A DNA stretch of 64,000 bases from the human T2T-CHM13v2.0 reference genome, Homo sapiens: NCBI RefSeq assembly GCF_009914755.1, contig NC_060928.1, one strand, 5' to 3'. Both the position numbers and the translations under genes were made by a program. Shown here piece after piece: positions 51,588 to 64,000 of the stretch; position 1 is the first letter of the stretch, and each line of letters begins with the position of its first letter. The notes below the pieces were generated by a model. The model was given only the letters and a program-made list of their open reading frames with translations, made no database searches and was not told where the DNA came from.

Positions 51588-51941
51588 TGCTATGGTCTGA
51601 ATATTTGTGTTCCCCCAAAATTCTTATGTTGAAATCTTCACTACGAAGGGGATGGAATTAGGAGGTGGGGCATTTGGGAGGTGATTGGGTCATGAGAGTG
51701 GAACCCTCGTGAATGGTATTAGTGCCTTTATAAAAGAAACTAGAGAGACACCCCTCACTCCTTCTACCATGGACACAGAAAGAAGATGCCAGCTATGAAT
51801 CAGAAAGTGGGCCCTCACCAGACACCAAATCTGTCTTGATCTTGGACTTTTTAGCTTCCAGAACTGTGAGAAATACATTTCTGCAATTTATAAGCTACTC
51901 AGTTTATAGTATTTTGTTAGAGCAGCTTGAACAGACTAAGA
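51588..51941 (+). mobile_element. MLT1A-type MaLR solo LTR
   Basis: TGCTATGGTCTGAATATTTGTGTTCCCCCAAAATTC...CCAGAACTGTGAGAAATACATTTCTG...AGACTAAGA. Confidence 0.8.
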
Positions 51942-52056
51942 TGGTCTAAACAGAAGATTGTTAGAGCCTTTTCCTTTCAGGAATGTTGGCAGATGATGCT
52001 GCACTGAAAGTGTTTGTGTTTCACTCTGCCAGGGACATGAAGGAAGCGTGAAATGA

Positions 52057-52788
<732 letters not shown>

Positions 52789-53914
52789 TAGGATTTTTTC
52801 CCTGTATAATATTATTTGTTAAGCAACTTATAACTTTTATGCTTTAAATAAGCTTAAATTATTTCACATCATACTTCTGAGGAGACTTTAACACCGTCTT
52901 ATCTCTTGGAGAAATTGAAAACAAATGCAGAGAGGAATACGTAATACGTGCATTTAATGTGGGTTTTGGTCTTATATATTGCAATTCTGTTCTGATTTCA
53001 GGCTGCGGTGTTATTGAGCAGTTTCTTTAACACCTGCAGCATGGTTAATATACCTGTTATTATTAATGCTGTCTCTTGCTGAGGCTTCCTCCCTAGAACT
53101 TTTGCTAACTTAAGCAAATAGGAAATTTATGGAGAAGATATTGGGTAGCTCAAAGAATCAAAGTAAGAACCTAACAATCAGTCTGGAAAGAACAGGATGT
53201 GGGACTCATTCATTCATGCATTCATTTGGCAGATGTGTGCTCAGAATGTTCCAGGTACTGTTCCTATAGCAATAAACAACATGTTCAGAAATTCCTGCCA
53301 TTCTGGAGACCACATTCTTATAGGGGAGGCAGTCTTGAGGCACATAAATAAGACGTGTGGCATATTAGCAAGCAGTGAGTGCCACGGGAGACTACAGCAG
53401 GGATGGGGGTAGGAAGCGCCCAGGTGGCATTGGTAGTTGCAGTTTTGGATAGTTTTAGACAGGGGGCTGCTGATTGATAATCAGGTCTCCACGGTCACTC
53501 CTGTGACAGAGCAGGTATCTTTTTATTTTATTTATCTGATTTTGCCTCATGAATTTCATGATTCTTATCCTGGGAGAGAGCACCAATTGGCTGGCTTGGC
53601 TCTGGCCCCCTTCCTGCATCCGTGGCTAAGGGGGAACCAGGCAGCTGGAATGACAGTCCCACCAAGACATACACCGTGGGGGAGAAGTAAGGGAAGGGCT
53701 GCAGAAGAAACCAACAAAGGGCCATTGCAAGGGCCTGTTTACATGACATAGTAAGCAGGCATAGGCCATATGCGCTAGGGCCAGAGGGGTAGCTAGGAGA
53801 ACGGAGAGGAAAGAGGAGATCAGAGAGATGCTGAAGGTAGAAGACACTGGATAGAGGAGCGATTGCAGAGAATCCTCAAAGTTGCCTTTGAAATTCCCTA
53901 GCTGAGGAAATTAA

Positions 53915-54656
<742 letters not shown>

Positions 54657-55053
54657 TATTAGAATTTTCAACAGCATGTAAGATCAAGTTTTCTAGAAAG
54701 AGTTATAAACTTAGTATTTCTTATCTGTCAGATATTTGAAGTAATCTATGTAGTAGTCAGCCAAATTATTTCTCTGCCAACAAAAGGTTACCCCATTTTC
54801 CCTAAGCAATAATGTCTACCGTCTGTTACTATCATTATGGTACAGCTAATTTGGGATGCTATCAATCAGCCAGGTTATTAGCAACCAGGTCAGTTTGGTT
54901 TTCTTATATTTTCTACTTTGTCTATCTAGATTATAATGGCTTTAAATCAGGATTTTTATTTCTTGGTCAGTGAATCAAATATTGGGTTATTGGCTTTATG
55001 CTACTTTAGGACCAAAAATATCTATACCACTGATACTATAAAATAATATTCTT

Positions 55054-55645
<592 letters not shown>

Positions 55646-56286
55646 AAAAGAATGTTCTTGAGCTTTATATTTTGACCCAAATTAGGCAATAGTTACCTTA
55701 AAGAAAAATGATACAGTCAAAATCATTTTGGCTTTATTAAAGCTCCTCAAAAAACTCTAGAATTAGGGCTTTCTTAAGTTACTTTTTAGCAGAAACATTT
55801 ACGGTATTTTGTACATATGTGTGCAAAGTTGCTTATTAACATTTATGTCATGGTCATAAAGACTAATTTGGTAACAATATTCAGTCTCCAGTAAATATGT
55901 GGTTAATTGATATGCAAATTACTTCCAAAGTACAAATTAATAGTCTCATATTACATTTTTGTGCTTTGCTACCTTTACCTCAAACAAAATAATCTGTAGG
56001 ATTCTTCATGCTTGTTTCAGCACCTTTTGCCCAGCTTTGCTTGCTTCATTGGCCAGAGGACTGTCAGCACCTCATGAAGCCCTTTATATGCTTCTCTGAG
56101 GTCATTTGCATAATGTTGTGGCCTATAGTAGGTTCTCAATAAATACCTGATGGATGAATGAATGAATAAGGATGAGGAAATGAACACGGTAGGTATGCCT
56201 GGATCTGAAGCAGAAGTGGCCCAAAAATGGAAGGAAAAGAAACTTGGCAGGAATAGCAGGAAGAAGAAAGCGGGGAGGACAGTATT

Positions 56287-56752
56287 GTGTGAGTTTGCTA
56301 GGGCTGTGTAACAAAGTGATACAAACCTGATGTCTCCCGCAACAGACATTTATTGTCTCACAGTCTTGGAGGCCGGAGTGCAAAATCAAGTTGTGAGTGG
56401 AGCTGGTTCCTTCTGTGGGCTGTGAGGAAGAATCTGTCGCAGGCCTCTCTCCCAGCCTCTGCTGGCTCGCTGGCAGTCTCTGGTGTCCCCTGGCTTGGAG
56501 GTGCATCATTCTGATCTGTCTTCATCTTCACGTGGCGTGCCCTCTGTGGGTGTGTCTGTGTCCAATTTTCCATTTTTATAAGGATACCAATCATGTTGGA
56601 TTAGGGCCCACCCTAATGACCTAATTTTAACTTAATTGTCTCTATAAATACCCTATCTCCAAATAAGATCACTGTCTGAGGGTTAGGGGCTAACTGGGGA
56701 ATAGAACTCTAACATAAACGTTTTTTAGGATGGGACGAATTCAACCTGTAAC
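56287..56752 (-). mobile_element. MLT1C-like MaLR LTR
   Basis: TTTATTGTCTCACAGTCTTGGAGGC...GGATTAGGGCCCACCCTAATGACC. Confidence 0.75.
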
Positions 56753-57414
56753 AGGTACCTCTGAAACAGATGAAGGCAGCCCATAGAGGGGATCCTTGGG
56801 CCTTCAAACACTGTGGCCCCACTTTACTGCCTGCTTTTGGGGACCTCAAAAACTTAAGAGGAATCCTCTGACAGTTTTCAACCCAGTATGCTGCCCAGAC
56901 TTTAGTGTCTGTGGATGGTCCTCCTTTGAAATGCCTGTGGCCCTGCCGACCACCGTTGACCTCGCCATGGCCCCACGACTCATCATGCTCTGCCTGGTTC
57001 TTCACCTTCTGGCCTCCTTGTCTTTACGTAGTATTGACAGCATAGCCGGCCCACCTTTGAGTATGACCGGGCCCGGGCCAAACAGCGGGGACGTGGAACC
57101 AGACTGCTGTGCTGTGCCAGTGGAGACTTTTGGAACTGAGGACAGCTGAATGAGGGGTAGAGTGGCGCTAGGGTTCACCAGCACGTGTGCCCCAAACCTG
57201 CGGGGGGGGGCCCTTTCTTCTCTCTCTCTCTCTCTTTAACCTGTGACACTCTGTCCCTTAGACCAAGCCAGGGGACCTTTTGTAGCTGCAGTGTGCAGTG
57301 TGTGCTTCATGCCCCACCAGGTCTAGTCATATGTGGCGGGGGCGGAGGGGGAGTCCTGTGTTTAGAGGTGCACAGTGTGTGCGCTGCTGTGTGTGTGTGT
57401 TATTTACTCTTTAA

Positions 57415-57759
<345 letters not shown>

Positions 57760-58299
57760 TGAGTCCTCACCTCCACCACCTCACCAAAGCCACCCTTGCC
57801 ACATCCCAGGCATCAGTTCTTGGTCCTTGTCTTGCTGCCCCCGTGGGCTGCACTGACGTGGCACGTCATGCTTTCTTCCGTGAGCGTGTTCTGCATCATC
57901 ACCCTTCCTGTTGCGCTGCTTGCCTCAGATGGCTTGGCTGGTCCCCCCTTATCTTCTAGATCTTTTAATACCAAATGCCCCCCGTCTTTGTCCAGGGGCT
58001 TCTCGCCTTCTCTATCCACACTCATTCCCTTGTGATCTTGTAGTACTATGGCTTGAAAGAAGCTCCTGTCACCAGTTCACGCCTGCAGGCTGGGCCTCTC
58101 CACTCAACTTGCAGCTCACTGTGCTGCTGCCTACCTGACATCGCTGTATGGAAGCCTCATTGGTACGAGAAAGAGCCTGTACCAGACCCCAAATACTCAA
58201 CCCCAGCACCCCGATGTTTCCATCTGCACCTCAGTTAATGCTCATGTAGCTGCACTTGACTTACTCGCACCCCCACACTCAATCCTTGGACAGAGTGTT

Positions 58300-59050
58300 C
58301 AGCCCTCAACTCAAAACGCAGCAGATTCCGACCTTTTCTCACCTCCTCCACTGCTGTCACTTGGCTCAAGCCGTCAGCGTCTCACCTGGAACACCGTGGT
58401 CAGCTTCTGCCTTTTCCCCCTGACAGCCCGTTCTCAGCACAGCAGCCAGAGTGGTCCTATTAAAATTTAAGCCAGATTGTGTCGGCCCCTCCTCTGAACT
58501 CTCTTCATGGCTTCCCAGACAGCTCAGAGTGAAAGCCGTAGTCTCTGCAGTGGCCTTAAGACCGCCGCCCCAACCTCATCCGCCCTCTCTCACTCTGCCT
58601 CCACACGGTTTCCTCTGTCTCTTGAGAATTTTTTCTTACGGGGCTTGTTCTCTCACCTGAGGAATTTCCTGACCACTACCCCTTCCCTCATTCACTCTTT
58701 TTTTCCTTGGAGACAGGGTCTCGCTATGTTGCCCAGGCTGGCCTCGGACTCCCGGGCTCAAGCGAGCCCACCTAAGCCTCCCCAGTAGCTGGGATTATAG
58801 ATACACACCACCACACCCGGCTCTCATTTACTCTTTATTTTTCTTCCTTTATTTTTTCCCATAGCACTTATTATTATCTCATATACGTATATTTTACTTG
58901 TACTTTGTTCGTCGGGCTTTCTCCCTAAAATTAAGCTTTATAAGAGGAGGAAGTTTTATTTGCTTTGTTCACTGCTGTATTTTTCATGCCTAGAACAGTT
59001 CCTGGCACACATTAGATGCTCAGTAAATATTTGTTGAATGAATGAATGAA
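58300..59050 (+). mobile_element. L2 3' fragment with an embedded Alu monomer (58700-58820)
   Basis: L2 3' end TGCCTAGAACAGTTCCTGGCACACATTAGATGCTCAGTAAATATTTGTTGAATGAATGAA. Confidence 0.7.
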
Positions 59051-59698
59051 TGTATGAATAGCAGTTAAGATCATGGGCTTTGGAGCCAGCCAGACCTGGG
59101 CTTTATATCTCAGTGCCCTCTTTATACTATCTCAACGACGGTGTCAGTTACTTCAGTTTCACTCAAAAACGGTTTATTGTGTGCCAGGCACTAAGCTTGG
59201 CTCTAGGGATACAGGGATGAATAAAAACAGATGAATATCTCCTTCTGAGAAGCTGACAGTCATGGAGGAAAGTACTTAGCTCAGGTAATGTGGAGGATCA
59301 GACAGGAGGGCTTTATGGTCCAACCCTGGAAGTGGGTACACCCGTTTTTGGTTGTTTTTTATTCTGATAGTTTTGGGGAAACAGTTGGTGTTCTGGTTGC
59401 ATGGAAAAGTTCTCTAATGGTGATTTCTGAGATTTTGGTGCACCTGTCACCCGAGTGGTACACCTGTTTTATACATTGCTCTGTCACATGGCCACTTTTA
59501 ACTGCAAAGGGGGCAGAGCCACAGAAGTACTAGCTGGGCAGCCACATCCTGGCAACGACTCTGCATAATGGGAGTGCGTCTTGAGTTGGCATAGGACAGC
59601 TGGCTGTCTGTGCCATGTCTGCCCTCTAGCCACCAAATATCCATGCACAGCCTTCTTCCCTTACAGGTATCCTAATCTCCCTTCAAAGACCAGAATGA

Positions 59699-60163
<465 letters not shown>

Positions 60164-60492
60164 TCAGTAGACACTGGCCCGTCAGCAAAAGGGCCCTGTG
60201 CGGGTGGGGAACATTCCTTGATTAGCGCCCAGTTCTGCCCTCACCTGTGTTCACTGTGTCCCATGGCTCCACCCCCAGGACATTTTCCTCCTTGAGCCGG
60301 CTAACATGGACAGACAGATGAAACCTCCACAGGTTTCTGGAGCAGTGCAGAGCTTTGCAGACCCACTTCTACGGATTTAAGTTTGTGGGCTTGAAGGTTG
60401 TTTCAAGGCTCAAGCAGTTCAAGGCTGTCTTCATCCTGGATCCAAGTTCTTCAGCACTATATTTCTCTCAGAAACATAGTCAGCTTTTGATC

Positions 60493-61213
<721 letters not shown>

Positions 61214-61294
61214 ATGATATGTTTGCTTCCAGCCAGTTCCATGTGCCAGTAGTTGCACCCACCGTTCTTTCCTAGACACATTCTCAAGCTTGAA

Positions 61295-61614
61295 TTTTCT
61301 TTCTTTCTTTTTTTTTTTTTTTTTTTTTGGTTTGATACAGAGTTTTGCTCTTGTTGCCCAGGCTGGAGTGCAACGGCATGATCCCAGCTCACCACAACCT
61401 CCGCTTCCAGGTTCAGGTGATTCTCCCGCCTCAGCCTCCCAAGTAGCTGGGATTGCAGGCACATGCCACCACGTCCGGCTAATTTTGTATTTTTAGTAGA
61501 TACAGGGTTCCTCCATGTTGGTCAGGCTGGTCTCAAACTGCCGACCTCAGGTGATCTGTCCACCCCGGTCTCCCAAAGTGCTGGGATGACAGGCGCGAGC
61601 CACCGCACCCGGCC
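61295..61614 (-). mobile_element. Alu (Sp-like)
   Basis: Reverse-complement Alu; TSD GAATTTTCTTTCTTTC. Confidence 0.9.
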
Positions 61615-63338
61615 GAATTTTCTTTCTTTCAAGTCTCTACTCCCCAGATTAGTTGGGGGCTGTCTTGAGGCAGCAGTATGGGTGGGAAAACCACACCCCT
61701 GATCTGCTTGCTGCACAGAGCTGAGTTTTTATCTGCTTTTGTCTTTCAAAGCCTTTTCCAGTCTTATTTTCCACTGTTTGGGGGTCCAGGAACAGGCGGC
61801 CTTTCATACTCTCTAAAGGCCCAAATTTCTGGTCTGTTTGCACTTTTTTTTTATTGCTGCTTACAAAGCCAGCAATTCTTGCTTGAGCTCCCTTCCCCAG
61901 CAAAATACCTTCCTCGGTATGATGAGTAACAGCGCATACTACTGCTGTTTGACCTGTTTGCTAGAGCGTGGGGCTCTCCAAGCACTTGGTCTGTGTGTGC
62001 TGCCTCTTGAGTTATCATCACAGACAACACTGAACTAAATGTGTTGCTGCTACTGAATAACGCAGAGCTCCGGCTGCTACGCCTACTGCTAGACCATCTG
62101 TTTACCCAGGGTTTTTTATTAGGTTAATATTTCCCTCTAGATACTGACATCTGTATCAGTTAAACTGATACTTGCTGCTGTAACAGGTAAACCTTAAAAT
62201 CTCTGTTGTTTGTGGAGCAATAAGAATAGAATTTATTTTTCATTTCCATAAAAGCCACGTTGAGGGCGGTCAGGGAGGGAGTGGGTGAGTAGACTGTGCT
62301 TTGTGCAGTCATTGAGGATTCCAGGCTGGCAGAAGTTCTGAGTCATCAGCACATGGCTCCCAAGATCCTCCTGTGGATCTCGGTCCATCTACGAAACAAA
62401 GAAGCGAGAGAGCACGGAGAACCGTGTGGGAGATTCTTCCAGGCCAGGCGTGGAAGTGGCATAAACACTTCTGTCCACATTCTGTTGTCCAGATCACAGT
62501 CAGATGGCCCCCCTCCCCACAGGGGACTGGGAAATGTCCCTCATTGGGCTGCCACTTCCCAGCAGCAGCTCTGTTGTGACTATTAGGAGTTCACTATATA
62601 TTCTGATTACTCATCCCTTATCAGGTATATAATGTGCAAATGTTTTCCCCCATTCCATGGGCTTATGAAGTTCATTTTGCCTATTTTTTCTTTTGTAACA
62701 TGAGCCTTTGGTGCCCTGACTATATCTCTTTTGACAATAAAATATTTTCCTTCTTTTTTACAGCTAAAATTGAGAATAAACTAGGTTTTATAGAAATTCC
62801 TAAAAGTCAGTTGCTGTATTAATCTATCCTAAAGATCCATATTGAGTGGGAAGAAAAAGGGAAAACAACTTTCATCTTTAAAATTACTTTATGTAGAAGG
62901 TTCTTGGTTATCTCATAGACTGTGGCTTCACACATTAAGCTAATTGATAATATGCTAAGTTTTTAAGAATCTTTTAAAAACTTGGTCTGATAGGATTCTG
63001 TAATTGAGCTAATCGATTCTATTGTCAATCTAAAAAAAGATATCAGAGAAAAATATCTCTGAATTTAATGAATGAATTAGGGAGTAAGCAAAGAGGATTA
63101 TAATTTGGGATGCACAGCCATGGCGAGCCACAGGTGCACCCGAAAAGGGGAAAGGAAGAGGAAGCTTTTATTTGGCAGACAGGGAGAGGTTCACATAAGC
63201 TGCTTGGAAACAGAGTTCACTGGTTCCAGAGGCTCAAAATCGTAGTTGGCATCAGTTCTGTGGTGGAGATGCCACTAGGGGGCAGGTGTTCTTTCAAGAG
63301 CATCTTATCTCAATTGCTGCCGTCCTAAAAAAAGTCCA

Positions 63339-64000
<662 letters not shown>

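Overview
Human (primate) genomic DNA, recognisable from exon translations as the 4p16.3 gene cluster ADD1(3' end, +) >< MFSD10(-) <> NOP14-AS1(+) / NOP14(-) <> GRK4(first exon, +). I assembled the spliced CDSs by hand from GT-AG boundaries: MFSD10 has 12 coding exons (455 aa), NOP14 has 18 coding exons (857 aa), and the window also holds the last ADD1 exons (including a 34-nt cassette exon) and GRK4 coding exon 1. Other content: a full-length but dead antisense L1PA element with two nested Alus in an ADD1 intron, about 30 Alus, several solo LTRs (LTR8, LTR10-like, MLT1, MER31-like), two CpG-island bidirectional promoters, two motif-bearing VNTRs, and a palindromic AT-rich expansion in NOP14 introns. 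Most ORF-track entries are spurious Alu/L1/GC-rich frames. I see no wholly new gene system. The best second-look items are regulatory: a possible L1 antisense-promoter/ADD1 in-frame chimera, a long nested RNA hairpin upstream of the ADD1 cassette exon, VNTRs made of tandem MRE cores or of 5'-splice-site/CTCF-like motifs, an inverted Alu pair in the NOP14 3'UTR, and the AT-rich palindrome. Repeat subfamily names come from recall of consensus sequences, not from a RepeatMasker run.
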